DNA from: Candidatus Melainabacteria bacterium
Lineage (GTDB): Bacteria > Cyanobacteriota > Vampirovibrionia > 2-02-FULL-35-15
Length of the DNA: 64,000 bases
Assembly (NCBI GenBank): GCA_023250195.1
Contig: JAHFBF010000005.1
Span: 172,025 to 236,024, forward strand
Direction of reading: 5' to 3'
Position 1 is the stretch's first letter; every line of letters begins with the position of its first letter. The position numbers and the translations under genes were made by a program. This document shows, one piece after another, positions 46,907 to 56,559 of the stretch. The notes below the pieces were generated by a model. It saw nothing but the letters and a program-made list of their open reading frames with translations, had not been told where the DNA came from and did no database searches.

Positions 46907-46940
46907 GACTCACTAAAAAAGTTCAATCAGAGAAAGTATT

Positions 46941-48095
46941 ATGCAGATAGAAGAGTTTAAATTAGAAAGATTCTTTTCAAAATATGAATTTAAGGCTCCA
47001 CATCTGCTTTGTTCATCTGATCCAGAATCATTTTTAATAGAAGAGCTGTTAAGTTTTGAACCGAATTTATCTGAAGATCTGAAAAAAGTATGGCTTGGTT
47101 ATACAGAAACACAGGGCAATCTTGAACTAAGAGAGTGTGTTACAAAACTCTATGAAACAATAAACCCTGAAAATATTCTGGTGCATTCCGGGGGAGAAGA
47201 AGGAATATTTATTTTTATGAATGTGGCTTTAAAATCCGGAGACCATGCAATTGCAATGTTTCCAGCTTATCAGTCTCTTTATGAGGTTGCACAGTCAACT
47301 GGTTGTGAAATTACAAAATGGGAATTAAATGAAAAAAACAATTGGGAATTAGATATAGAGTTCTTAAAAGCAAATATTAAAAAAACCACAAAAGCTATTA
47401 TTCTTAACTGTCCTCATAATCCTACAGGATATGTTATGAGTAAAGAAAAATTAATGCAAGTTGTAGATATTGCAAGGAAGCATAATATTGTTATTTTTTC
47501 CGATGAAGTCTACAGATTTCTTGAGTATAGAAGTGAAGACAGGCTACCTGCTGTTTGTGATGTATATGAAAATGGAGTCTCTGTGGGTGGTATGTCAAAA
47601 GCTTTTGCATTGCCAGGGTTGCGTATATGCTGGACAGCGACAAAAAATAAAGAAATTTTAAATCAAATGGCAAAGTTTAAAGATTATACGACTATTTGTA
47701 ATAGTGCCCCGAGTGAATTTTTAGCGATCGTTGGTGTTAAACATAAAGAAAGAATTTTTAAAAGAAATCTTGAGATTATTTCAAATAACCTGAAGATATT
47801 AAACATTTTCTTTGATAAGTATAAAGATATTTTTAACTGGCAGCCACCAAAAGCAGGTACAATAGCCTTCCCAGGGATTAAGGTGAATATAGATATTGAA
47901 AAGTTCTGCATTGATCTTGTAGATAAGAAGGGAGTATTTCTTTTACCAAGTACAAAATACGATTTTGGAAACAGGAACTTTAGAATTGGATTTGGAAGAA
48001 AAAATATGCCAGTCTGTCTTATAAGATTTGAAGAATATTTAAATCAGAGCAACCTTCTGTTAAAAGATCCTGTTCTTGCAAAGACTGAATCTTAA
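46941..48095 (+). CDS. Class I/II PLP-dependent aminotransferase
   Basis: Fold-type I pattern with SKAFALPGLRIC (PLP-Lys in SK) and NPTGY. Confidence 0.7.
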   Translation: MQIEEFKLERFFSKYEFKAPHLLCSSDPESFLIEELLSFEPNLSEDLKKVWLGYTETQGNLELRECVTKLYETINPENILVHSGGEEGIFIFMNVALKSGDHAIAMFPAYQSLYEVAQSTGCEITKWELNEKNNWELDIEFLKANIKKTTKAIILNCPHNPTGYVMSKEKLMQVVDIARKHNIVIFSDEVYRFLEYRSEDRLPAVCDVYENGVSVGGMSKAFALPGLRICWTATKNKEILNQMAKFKDYTTICNSAPSEFLAIVGVKHKERIFKRNLEIISNNLKILNIFFDKYKDIFNWQPPKAGTIAFPGIKVNIDIEKFCIDLVDKKGVFLLPSTKYDFGNRNFRIGFGRKNMPVCLIRFEEYLNQSNLLLKDPVLAKTES

Positions 48096-48493
48096 AGCTC
48101 TTTGTCAAATGCTTTTAAATATCCTTCAACATGCAAAATAGCCAGCTTACTAAAACCCTTAACCAGAGAAGGATTAAATTCTTTTTCTTTAAAGATTGGT
48201 TTTAGAATAATATTTCCGTTTTTTAAAACCCAGGCTCTGATATTTTTTTTCGGAAAATCTATATAACAAATTTGTTTAGCACTGTTATAAATAAATCTAC
48301 TTTTTACACCATTAAATACTGTTGAAGCAGCAATCATTTCAATGCCCCCAGCATTTCTTTTAATCGTATATTTAAGAGGAATCTCTCCTAGAAATAAAAT
48401 TTTATGACGTGGCAAAAGCAACTGAGTTGATTGATGAATATTATCCCAGTTATAGCCTTTTGCTACCTGTGAAACAGTGACTAATAAAAACAT
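48092..48493 (-). CDS. Hypothetical protein (133 aa)
   Basis: ORF only. Confidence 0.3.
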   Translation of the reverse strand: MFLLVTVSQVAKGYNWDNIHQSTQLLLPRHKILFLGEIPLKYTIKRNAGGIEMIAASTVFNGVKSRFIYNSAKQICYIDFPKKNIRAWVLKNGNIILKPIFKEKEFNPSLVKGFSKLAILHVEGYLKAFDKEL

Positions 48494-48969
48494 AAAACTA
48501 TTTTAGCAGGGGTATTAAACAGATATTTAGAAAAAAAGTAAATTCTTGCTTACAGTTTTTGTTAATATTTTTTTGCTTTAAGCCAGTCAGTTATATGTTT
48601 TGGTGTCTCTCTTTTAATAAACCCAGGAGATTCAGATTCTCTTACTCTTGCTTCAAATATTGCTCTTTGCCCTGTGGCATGATTTGATAGTGCAAGCACA
48701 GCTTGAAAGTCTAATGTCATTTATTTCTCCTTTACATTACATTATTAAAACAGTGAATAACTTATTCTAAAATTTATTTGTTATAAGAGCAAGATGGGAA
48801 ATAAAAAAATAATTAAGATTATAAAAATTAAAACATAAACCGAATCAAGAATCCTTCTATTGATAGTGCTTTACAGAAAGCTGAAATACAGCCAAAACCC
48901 TTACATTGTTAGGAGTAATCTGGTAAAAGGGTAAAAAGTATTTAATGGGAGAGTAACAAATAGAAGAAT

Positions 48970-50394
48970 ATGAGATTTCAATGGCTAGTAAATTTGGTTA
49001 GTGGTGTAAGAAATATTTTCGCATGGACTTCTTCTGATAAAGACAGTGCTTTTTCCACTAAGTCCCTACCTTCTCAAGGAGCTCCTCTTCCTGCAATACC
49101 AACAGGGGGAGAGGCTCTGATTGTACATATACCTCTTCAGGACATTCCGTATAAGTTAAGAGAAAGCTTTAAAGAGGTATATAACTTATTTCACGCTTCA
49201 GTTGGTGAGAATGATGAAAAGGCTCTTTTTCATCGAATTACAAATGGAAACTATAACGTTACAAATGAGCTTGTTGATAGTGTTTTAAATAATCCACTAA
49301 TTAGCAATGAGTGGAAAATATGGGTTTCTGTTAATAGAATGCGAAGCATAGCTTCTGAAGATGAATTGCTTTCTAAGCCTATGAATAGGGATGAAATTAT
49401 AGCTCTCATAAAAAGAACAAGAGAATTTGGAATAAATCTTTTAAAGGCTGAAGGAAATAATCCCGATGCAATTAAATTTATTCTGGAAAAAGAAAACAGA
49501 GGAAATGAATCTCAGCTAAGAATTAAAACTTTTTGTCTGGCAGCTGCTCTGGCTGCTTGTGAACCTAATAAACTTGATAGTGATGAAAAGGAGTTATATC
49601 CAAGATTTCAAACTCTAATGACAGCTTTATATTCTGCCAATGTTCAATTTAAACCCAGTGGAGATCCTGAAGCCAATAACAGTTTGAGATTTATATTACC
49701 AGAGGATGATAATTCGCCTACTTCTTCTTTATTTGTTTATATCTTTCATGAAACAGAACACAATCCACTTATTGACAAATATAATTTATATTATTCACAG
49801 ATTCATGGAGGAGCAATAAGTGAATTTAGATGTGATTTAGCATCTATGCGTAATGTTGCTAAGTATATTGATCCAAGCTTGGACAGGCTTAATCTTTCAC
49901 GGCTTGAATATAAATATGAAAAGCGTTATAACCTCGTGCAGGATTCATCTGGTTATAATTGTAGTAAATATGCTGTTGCAAGAGCTTTTTTTGAGAGTAT
50001 TTTAAGAGAATGGGAGAGAAGTGGTTCTCCTGAAGCTTTTACTGAGTTACTTGATGAATTAGAAAAAGGAACTAATACAGTTTTAGAAAGACACTCACAG
50101 ATTGGTACTATAAATCAAGTCCAATTTTCTCAATTTGCTGAAGAATTGATTCAGGAAACAAAACAATTTTTTGCTGACAGAAATATTTCTATTGAAGTTA
50201 ACCACCCTACAGAAAAATTAACAAGAGCTTTATTTAGAGAAAAGATGAAACATATAAACCCTGACAGGGGATTGTTTGAAACATATCTGTTGTATCAGAA
50301 TCCAGTTCCAGATGATTGGATAGATCTGGCAATTAAAGAAATGATATATGTGACTCCTGTACCGTCAGTTAAGATGACTAAACTAAACAGTTAA
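48970..50394 (+). CDS. Hypothetical protein (474 aa), ORFan-like, no signal peptide
   Basis: Long ORF with no recognisable motif. Confidence 0.45.
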   Translation: MRFQWLVNLVSGVRNIFAWTSSDKDSAFSTKSLPSQGAPLPAIPTGGEALIVHIPLQDIPYKLRESFKEVYNLFHASVGENDEKALFHRITNGNYNVTNELVDSVLNNPLISNEWKIWVSVNRMRSIASEDELLSKPMNRDEIIALIKRTREFGINLLKAEGNNPDAIKFILEKENRGNESQLRIKTFCLAAALAACEPNKLDSDEKELYPRFQTLMTALYSANVQFKPSGDPEANNSLRFILPEDDNSPTSSLFVYIFHETEHNPLIDKYNLYYSQIHGGAISEFRCDLASMRNVAKYIDPSLDRLNLSRLEYKYEKRYNLVQDSSGYNCSKYAVARAFFESILREWERSGSPEAFTELLDELEKGTNTVLERHSQIGTINQVQFSQFAEELIQETKQFFADRNISIEVNHPTEKLTRALFREKMKHINPDRGLFETYLLYQNPVPDDWIDLAIKEMIYVTPVPSVKMTKLNS

Positions 50395-50445
50395 TCTGTT
50401 TACTGTTTTGCTGGTTTTATTATTGTCATGTTAAAATAGATCCTA

Positions 50446-51309
50446 ATGCAAATAACTGATTCCATACCTACACACAGCACGATAGTGCCGTGGAAGCAAA
50501 AAGCTCTTGAAGCAGAGGTAAGAATTGAGCCTTCAGATATTATGACAGAACAAATTGAAGGAAATCATTACCCAACTTTAAAACCCCATGTCTTGCAGAA
50601 TCAGTTTGAGACATTTAAAGGTGCACATGTACTTAGACTAAGAAATCTTGCAGATGCACTTCGAGACTCTGCAGGGAAATCTTTAGATCCAAAAGAAGTA
50701 GCAAAAGCAGTAAGGACTCTTCAATATTTATCTACTTCTGCTTTTACTCTGCATATTATGAATGAAGATCCTGGATTTTTAGGAGAAGAACAAGGAGGAG
50801 AAATTGTCCCATATGCAGAAACATACAGCGTGGTAAGGCAAACCTCGCCTCATTGTCATGGACGTACAGTTCATGGTTCATTATTTTCTCTTGGTTATGG
50901 TTCTGGAACAAATGGAGTAAAAAGCAGTGGCAATTTAACCTTATGGAATTTAGCGGGCATAGAAAAAACAGATGAACATTTTGTAGTAGATAAAGAGAGT
51001 GACTGGTACTTAAGAAAACAGTCTTTGGCACAAATTGAAAGTGTTGATTTACCGCCAATAGCGCCGGAAGAGCAGCCAATAGTAATAATTCATGATGGTG
51101 TAACTGCACACTCTAATACAAAAGTTCAACTTTCAGTATCTTTACCTACTCTTCAACGACTAATTAACTTTGTTGAAATGTGTTCAAGGAAAAGATTAAG
51201 TCCAGATTTCCTTGCAGAAAAATTCCCACCGCATCTAATTAGAGAAAGAAGAGATGAGTTTATCAATGGAAAAATAACTGGTATCTTAGATAAGTGTCCT
51301 GATACATAA
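50446..51309 (+). CDS. Hypothetical protein (287 aa), ORFan-like
   Basis: ORF only. Confidence 0.45.
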   Translation: MQITDSIPTHSTIVPWKQKALEAEVRIEPSDIMTEQIEGNHYPTLKPHVLQNQFETFKGAHVLRLRNLADALRDSAGKSLDPKEVAKAVRTLQYLSTSAFTLHIMNEDPGFLGEEQGGEIVPYAETYSVVRQTSPHCHGRTVHGSLFSLGYGSGTNGVKSSGNLTLWNLAGIEKTDEHFVVDKESDWYLRKQSLAQIESVDLPPIAPEEQPIVIIHDGVTAHSNTKVQLSVSLPTLQRLINFVEMCSRKRLSPDFLAEKFPPHLIRERRDEFINGKITGILDKCPDT

Positions 51310-51658
51310 GAAGTAAACATTAGGTAAGCAAATCTCTCCCTTTTAGATTAATCATAGCTGCTCTATATAATATAATGGATATTAATGGATTTTGATTCTA
51401 CTTTTAACTTTTTAAAAGAAGAGCTGGAGAGAATATTAGAAAATGTTAAGTGATGAAGAAAAAAAGAATTGTTAGAAGATGGACTTAGTTCCTCTCGGAG
51501 AGAGGACTTTAGAGCATGTAAGGATCTTAAGTCAAACATCTTGCTTGATGACTATATCAAGTTCTTGGATGATATTCAAAAAGTTTTTGGACAGTTTGAA
51601 ATTTCTCAGAAGATAACAAAGTGTGATTTAAATCAGCTTTAAAATCTTAGGATTTAGA

Positions 51659-51722
51659 GACAAAGTGAGAACTGAAATAATAGAATACAAAGGCCATTTA
51701 TCCCCTTAGTGCTCTTTCACTT
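51659..51722 (+). repeat. Intergenic repeat family, copy A (degenerate)
   Basis: gacaaagtgagaactgaaataatagaatacaaaggccattta...ccccttagtgctctttcac matches both the 5' block (caaagtgagaac) and the 3' block of copy B. Confidence 0.35.
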
Positions 51723-52121
51723 AGATGATTCTATAGGCAATGAAGAATATTTATGCAGAACTTTTAATAGATTAGCTTCTGAAATTATTCCAATTAGTTT
51801 TCCTTTATCGTCAACTACCGGTAAACAGCCAAACCTGTTAATCATCATTATTTCTATTGCATCTTTTAAGTCAGTGTTTGACTTAACGCAGGTCACCTGT
51901 TCCTGTTTTAACATTGCCGATCTGACTGAAATTTGATCAGGGTTGTGAAAGATAGTTTCAATTATTTCTCTAAGGGTAATTAATCCAACTAACTTTTTAG
52001 TTTGATCCACAATAGGCAGGTTTCTAATTCTTTCTTCTTTCATGAACTTTGAAGCATGCAGAACAGTATCTTCTTCATATAAGAAGTAAGTGTTAGCTTC
52101 CATTACATCTTTAACTTTCAT
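51717..52121 (-). CDS. CBS-domain pair protein
   Basis: Two CBS motifs (VKDVMEANTYF... and ...GIISEANLLK). Confidence 0.7.
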   Translation of the reverse strand: MKVKDVMEANTYFLYEEDTVLHASKFMKEERIRNLPIVDQTKKLVGLITLREIIETIFHNPDQISVRSAMLKQEQVTCVKSNTDLKDAIEIMMINRFGCLPVVDDKGKLIGIISEANLLKVLHKYSSLPIESSK

Positions 52122-52129
52122 ATAGCTTT

Positions 52130-52564
52130 TTAATTAAGACTGCCTGGTTCTATAAACCCGGCTTCTTCTAATGCATCTATTCCTGTCTGTATCAGTTCAA
52201 GGGCCTCATTATTCTTCCCTTTTTTAAGTAAGGCAATTCCTTTTTTAATTCGTTTAGTTGTTATACTTTTTGTTTCTTTATCAAATTCTGTTACTTTCCT
52301 TACTTCTTTTTCCGCACTTTTTAGTATCGTTACTGCTGTTTTGTTTTCACCCTGCTGAATAAGCTCTTTTACATCCTGTAAGTCAAGGATAAGAATTTCA
52401 AGTGGAGATAATTCTTCCTGAGCAAGAACTTTATTTCCTTTGTTTGTATACAAACAATTGCCATTTGTAATAAATGAACCAAATAATACAGCTGAGACTA
52501 AAATAAAAGATAAAAGTTGTTTTGAACAAACCATGATTTTCTCCTTTGAAAGAAATGTTAACAT
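52130..52564 (-). CDS. Hypothetical secreted protein (144 aa)
   Basis: N-terminal hydrophobic signal. Confidence 0.35.
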   Translation of the reverse strand: MLTFLSKEKIMVCSKQLLSFILVSAVLFGSFITNGNCLYTNKGNKVLAQEELSPLEILILDLQDVKELIQQGENKTAVTILKSAEKEVRKVTEFDKETKSITTKRIKKGIALLKKGKNNEALELIQTGIDALEEAGFIEPGSLN

Positions 52565-52683
52565 AAAAACTTCTGTTAGGAAATGAAGCTTGAATCAATT
52601 TTAAGACTGTTAACTATTGGCTTTTAGCTCCAGCCTCTTAGTGCTTTATAAGAAGGGGAGTGTAAAGAGTATATGTTGAATTA

Positions 52684-52950
52684 CTATGCTGCTTTTTTAT
52701 TTTCAGTAATAGAAAAAAAGGTAAGTCCAAAATTTGAATGTGCTGACATTTGAGCACTAATCACCCCAGCTTGGTCATCAAAATATAGTGGACCTCTATC
52801 ACCATTAAACATTCTTAAATCAGAACCTTCATTTGGGATGACTTGTAAAACTATTCCATCTTTTGCATTACCTCTTTGTATAAAATTTTCAACTGTTTCA
52901 GGTGGTACGGGTTTATAAGAATTAGCAGGATTCAGAACTTGGATTCTCAT
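52684..52950 (-). CDS. Hypothetical protein (88 aa)
   Basis: ORF only. Confidence 0.3.
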   Translation of the reverse strand: MRIQVLNPANSYKPVPPETVENFIQRGNAKDGIVLQVIPNEGSDLRMFNGDRGPLYFDDQAGVISAQMSAHSNFGLTFFSITENKKAA

Positions 52951-53182
52951 AATTGTGTTCTCCTTTTTAATTAGTAATATTTTAACTTTTTAAGTTTTAT
53001 ACTACATCATAAAGAAAGAATAATAAGTTGTATCTAACTTACATTCCTCTTACATAAGATTTATACAGATAAGAGTGAATTTAGTATAAGTTAAATTATT
53101 TAAAAATCCTTGTTGCTTAAATACCTAGCAAGAACTAAAATGTATTTAACTAATAGATTACAATTTGTGAGAAGGTTGCATA

Positions 53183-54184
53183 ATGCAAACAAGAAGAGTT
53201 TTCTTATTTAACGGACTAGTTAATTTAGCAACATTTACGGTAAGTGGAAGTTTAGTAATGGCTGGAAAGGAACATATAAAGGAAGAAGTCAAACCCAATG
53301 AAGGACCAGGACAACAAGAGTCAGAAAATCCTGCATTAATACCAAAAAAACATTCTGATAAAGTCAGGTTACCCAGTAATACTGTTAATCATGCTGCTGA
53401 TTTTGCTCTTGGTGGGACACTAGGATTAGTAGTTAAAAAAGTAATTGAAAAAAGTACAAAACTAAACAGAGTAAATAAAGAATTATCATCTATTATAAGC
53501 AAGCTTCAAAAATTAGAAAATAATGACTTGCCTGGTATTGAAAGAACGTTAAAAGAATTTGTTGAAAAAGAAGGCATAAGATATGAAACTCGTAATAGTA
53601 GTAATTCTATAGGGTCAATAGTAAGTTTATTAGATGCTATTTTAATTCACGTTAACTCATATAAGAAAGCAACTCAACCCTATCTTGAAGAATTACAAAA
53701 ATTAAGGATAGCGTTTGCAGGTCCTTTTATTGAACAGCTGCAAAATGTTGGTAATGTGGATGCAGCTACAAGAGAAGCCGCAATTCAAGTTTTAAGAAGT
53801 GATAAATTAATCGAGTATTTAGCAACTACTATTGTTAATGCATTACAAAGCACTGGTGCTGGTAATGGAATAGGTATAAATATTGCTAGCTCTTTAGAAG
53901 GAAAAGATTTACTAAGTAATGATGCAGTCATTGCACTAAAGCAAGTAGTAATAGAAGTTATGAGAAGTAATCAAGTTAGGGAAGCATTAGGCTATTCAAT
54001 TGGTGCTAATATTACCGAATATGATGTGGCAGAAAGGTTAATGGAAACTCTTTTACACAGATATAAAATTAGTTTACAAGATGATGATCCGGATTTAATT
54101 GCATTAAAGAAAGCCATCGCTGAAGCTCTAAAAAAAGAAGATGTGTCTAAGAAATTAGGCGATGCTTATACAGAGCTTAGCTGA
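53183..54184 (+). CDS. Hypothetical protein (333 aa), N-terminal hydrophobic segment, ORFan-like
   Basis: ORF only. Confidence 0.45.
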   Translation: MQTRRVFLFNGLVNLATFTVSGSLVMAGKEHIKEEVKPNEGPGQQESENPALIPKKHSDKVRLPSNTVNHAADFALGGTLGLVVKKVIEKSTKLNRVNKELSSIISKLQKLENNDLPGIERTLKEFVEKEGIRYETRNSSNSIGSIVSLLDAILIHVNSYKKATQPYLEELQKLRIAFAGPFIEQLQNVGNVDAATREAAIQVLRSDKLIEYLATTIVNALQSTGAGNGIGINIASSLEGKDLLSNDAVIALKQVVIEVMRSNQVREALGYSIGANITEYDVAERLMETLLHRYKISLQDDDPDLIALKKAIAEALKKEDVSKKLGDAYTELS

Positions 54185-54217
54185 TACTGGAACAGTAAAA
54201 GTTGAATGGACGTTAGA

Positions 54218-54346
54218 AACAAAGTAAGAGCTAAATTAAGAGAATATAGAGGGCATATTTTTATACTGGATTTGGTTCCTGCTGCGTGATGTACCCCTAA
54301 TGCTCTTTACTATGTCTCACAAGGGAAGCAGTACCAAATTTGTGCA
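54218..54346 (+). repeat. Intergenic repeat family, copy B
   Basis: aaacaaagtaagagctaaattaagagaatatagagggcatatttttatactggatttggttcctgctgcgtgatg...tgctctttactatgtctcacaagggaagcagtaccaaatttgtgc. The embedded peptide frame lacks an ATG in this copy. Confidence 0.5.
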
Positions 54347-54467
54347 TAAGTAACTTGAATCTGATTACTTGAAGATTAATTTTGTAATGGGTTAAAGCAA
54401 GGTTAAAAAAAATTAAGTGAATTTGCCTGTCAAAAAGCTCATCAATAATTCGTTTTATTAGCATAGT

Positions 54468-55292
54468 ATGAAAATTTCAAAAGAAGGATTTCTTGCTCCT
54501 GAACAACTAAAAACAATATATAAAATTTGCCAGAATATTGCTCGCATGTGTGAACAAGGAGATAGGCCTAAATATGCTTTTTATCATAGTATAGAAGCTC
54601 CTGAGGGTGGAGAAATAAATGGATTTCACGGCAGGTCAATTATAAAAGATGTTATACCAAGTTTAATTCAAAGAAAACAAGCTGGGAAAGTAAAAATTAT
54701 TGATTTAGGTGCTGGTGCTTGCCTATATACAGCACAAATTAGAGAAGAATTTGGTGATAAAGTGGATGTGTATAGCACAGGGTTGAGAAAAAAAACAGCT
54801 AAAAAAGAAAGAGAAAAAATCCAGGCTGGAGAATCTCTCGATTTTGAAGGAATTAGATACATTATTCCTCACGAAGGACGTGTCTTCTGGACACCATCTA
54901 AAAACTTACATCCGAATGACTTGAAGTGGAGATCTGTTTTAGAATTATCAAAGCATCCTGAATTTGACTTAATCCTCGATACTAATGGTGAATTAAGATC
55001 TGCAGTAAATAATCTTGACTATCTACAAAAATACTTAGGCGCCGTGATCACAAAATTAAATCCTAAAGGGGTTGCAAGTCTTGCAGGCGTTAACTTAAAG
55101 CATGATAATTTATTCAGGCAATTATCAGAAGAACTCCCTGGGGAAAAACCCGAACAAGATTTGACCAATGAAGCGAAGCTTGAATTGTTAAATAGATTTC
55201 TTTCAAAATTGCAACAAAGAGAAAATAATTCTTTTAATTTTGAAACAACACTACACAATGAGTTTATTCAATTAACTATACTTAAGAATTGA
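54468..55292 (+). CDS. Hypothetical protein (274 aa); possible Rossmann/SAM-MTase-like glycine motif
   Basis: IIDLGAGACLY is weakly MTase motif-I-like. Confidence 0.4.
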   Translation: MKISKEGFLAPEQLKTIYKICQNIARMCEQGDRPKYAFYHSIEAPEGGEINGFHGRSIIKDVIPSLIQRKQAGKVKIIDLGAGACLYTAQIREEFGDKVDVYSTGLRKKTAKKEREKIQAGESLDFEGIRYIIPHEGRVFWTPSKNLHPNDLKWRSVLELSKHPEFDLILDTNGELRSAVNNLDYLQKYLGAVITKLNPKGVASLAGVNLKHDNLFRQLSEELPGEKPEQDLTNEAKLELLNRFLSKLQQRENNSFNFETTLHNEFIQLTILKN

Positions 55293-55332
55293 TTTCCAAC
55301 ATTTAGTTTCTACATCTACGTAAAATAATTTT

Positions 55333-55445
55333 CGGGACTCAGGTACAAAGTGAGAACCAAATTAATGGAGCATAAAGGGCATATTTACATATCGGACTTA
55401 GTTCTGGCTGTGTGATTTATTACAGGGACAGATTTGCTTTATCAA
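55333..55445 (+). repeat. Intergenic repeat family, copy C
   Basis: cgggactcaggtacaaagtgagaaccaaattaATGgagcataaagggcatatttacatatcggacttagttctggctgtgTGAtttattacagggacagatttgctttatca. Embedded 16-codon ORF MEHKGHIYISDLVLAV (55365-55415). Confidence 0.55.
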
Positions 55446-55494
55446 GGTGTATGTTGTGAAAAATTTTAATTGAAGATGCTAAGATATATGCATG

Positions 55495-55508
55495 TGCGAA
55501 TATTCGCA
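55495..55508. promoter_or_regulatory. Perfect 14-bp palindrome TGCGAATATTCGCA, 19 bp upstream of the ArsR start. Candidate ArsR/SmtB operator.
   Basis: Seen directly; RBS aaaggtgg follows. ArsR-family repressors typically bind imperfect 12-2-12 palindromes overlapping their own promoter. Confidence 0.4.
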
Positions 55509-55526
55509 TAAAGATAAAGGTGGTTT

Positions 55527-55913
55527 ATGAAAAACCTTAGAGAGTTTAAAGCAGACTTTTTTAAAGTACTTGCTAGCCCTATTAGAATTCAAATAATAGA
55601 TGAGTTACGTGATGGCGAATTAACTGTCAATGAATTAAAGGAAAAGTTAGAAATCGAAGCTCCGAATGTATCTCAACAACTTGCAATACTCAGAAATAGT
55701 AACATCGTAAAAACCAGAAAAGAAGGAAATAATATCTATTATTCCATAAGACATAACATTATATTCAAAATGTTGGATCAGACAAAAAAAATATTCAATG
55801 AGCATTTACTTGATGTTCAAAGTTTGCTAAAAAAAATATCTATAAATTTAATTCTATTTGTTTTGAATCTTGAGAATCTAATGAATTTTGGAGTTGATAT
55901 AGCTTTAATTTAA
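55527..55913 (+). CDS. ArsR/SmtB-family transcriptional regulator
   Basis: Winged-HTH signature FKVLASPIRIQIIDELRDGELTVNELKEKLEIEAPNVSQQLAILRNSNIVKTRKEGNNIYYS. Confidence 0.75.
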   Translation: MKNLREFKADFFKVLASPIRIQIIDELRDGELTVNELKEKLEIEAPNVSQQLAILRNSNIVKTRKEGNNIYYSIRHNIIFKMLDQTKKIFNEHLLDVQSLLKKISINLILFVLNLENLMNFGVDIALI

Positions 55914-55962
55914 CGATAGAAACTTTAATGGGATTTTTTATATTAAGGAGGCTTGGCTAAAA

Positions 55963-56559
55963 ATGGATAAGAAAGATGGTTTGTTAAAAATTGATGTTTT
56001 ATCAGTTGGATTATTTGGACTTGCAGTAGGTGCTCTAACATTAGGCTTTGTCCAAATGGGAGTAATTCCGCACAATGATGATTTAGCCATATCAATTATT
56101 TGTCTTATTTTTGGTGGAATTGTTCAAGTACTTGCTGGCATGGTTGACGTAAAATATCACGATCAACTTGGTGGTACTGCACTTACAATGTATGGTTTTT
56201 ATTGGACAACAATGTTTATAGTTAAGATTTTAGGCTTAGTACAGGGTTTTCATTGGGATAATATTCTTTTTCTCCCAATAGTCACAATTTATGCAACATT
56301 TTCTGCTGTGATGATTTATCTTACAGGACATAAGTCATTTGCTTTAATGCTACTCCATATCTTTATTACAGCAGTTTTTATAATAGATATTCTTGTCAAA
56401 CTAAATTATCCACTTGAGTATTATGCAGGAGTTGATCATGCAATAATTGGAGTAATTGCTCTTTATCATGCAATGATAACACTTGTGAATAAATACACCG
56501 GCAAGGCTGGATATCTATTAGGTAAGCCTCCATTTAAGTTTAAAGAAAGTCATAAATAA
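55963..56559 (+). CDS. GPR1/FUN34/YaaH (AceTr, SatP-like) family channel
   Basis: 6 TM helices. FGGIVQVLAGMVDVKYHDQLGGTALTMYGFYWTT aligns to the SatP motif [34 protein letters not shown]. Confidence 0.7.
   Translation: MDKKDGLLKIDVLSVGLFGLAVGALTLGFVQMGVIPHNDDLAISIICLIFGGIVQVLAGMVDVKYHDQLGGTALTMYGFYWTTMFIVKILGLVQGFHWDNILFLPIVTIYATFSAVMIYLTGHKSFALMLLHIFITAVFIIDILVKLNYPLEYYAGVDHAIIGVIALYHAMITLVNKYTGKAGYLLGKPPFKFKESHK

Noticed and set aside
48605-48764. A ~52-aa minus-strand ORF (MTLDFQAVLALSNHATGQRAIFEARVRESESPGF...) in the gap before the ORFan island
   Set aside because: It has no RBS that I could see and no recognisable motif. It is too short to call without expression data.
55365-55415. Treating the repeat-embedded 16-aa ORF (MEHKGHIYISDLVLAV) as a genuine protein-coding gene
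   Set aside because: Copy B lacks a start codon, and inter-copy substitutions are not biased toward synonymous changes. I report it within the repeat finding rather than as a CDS.
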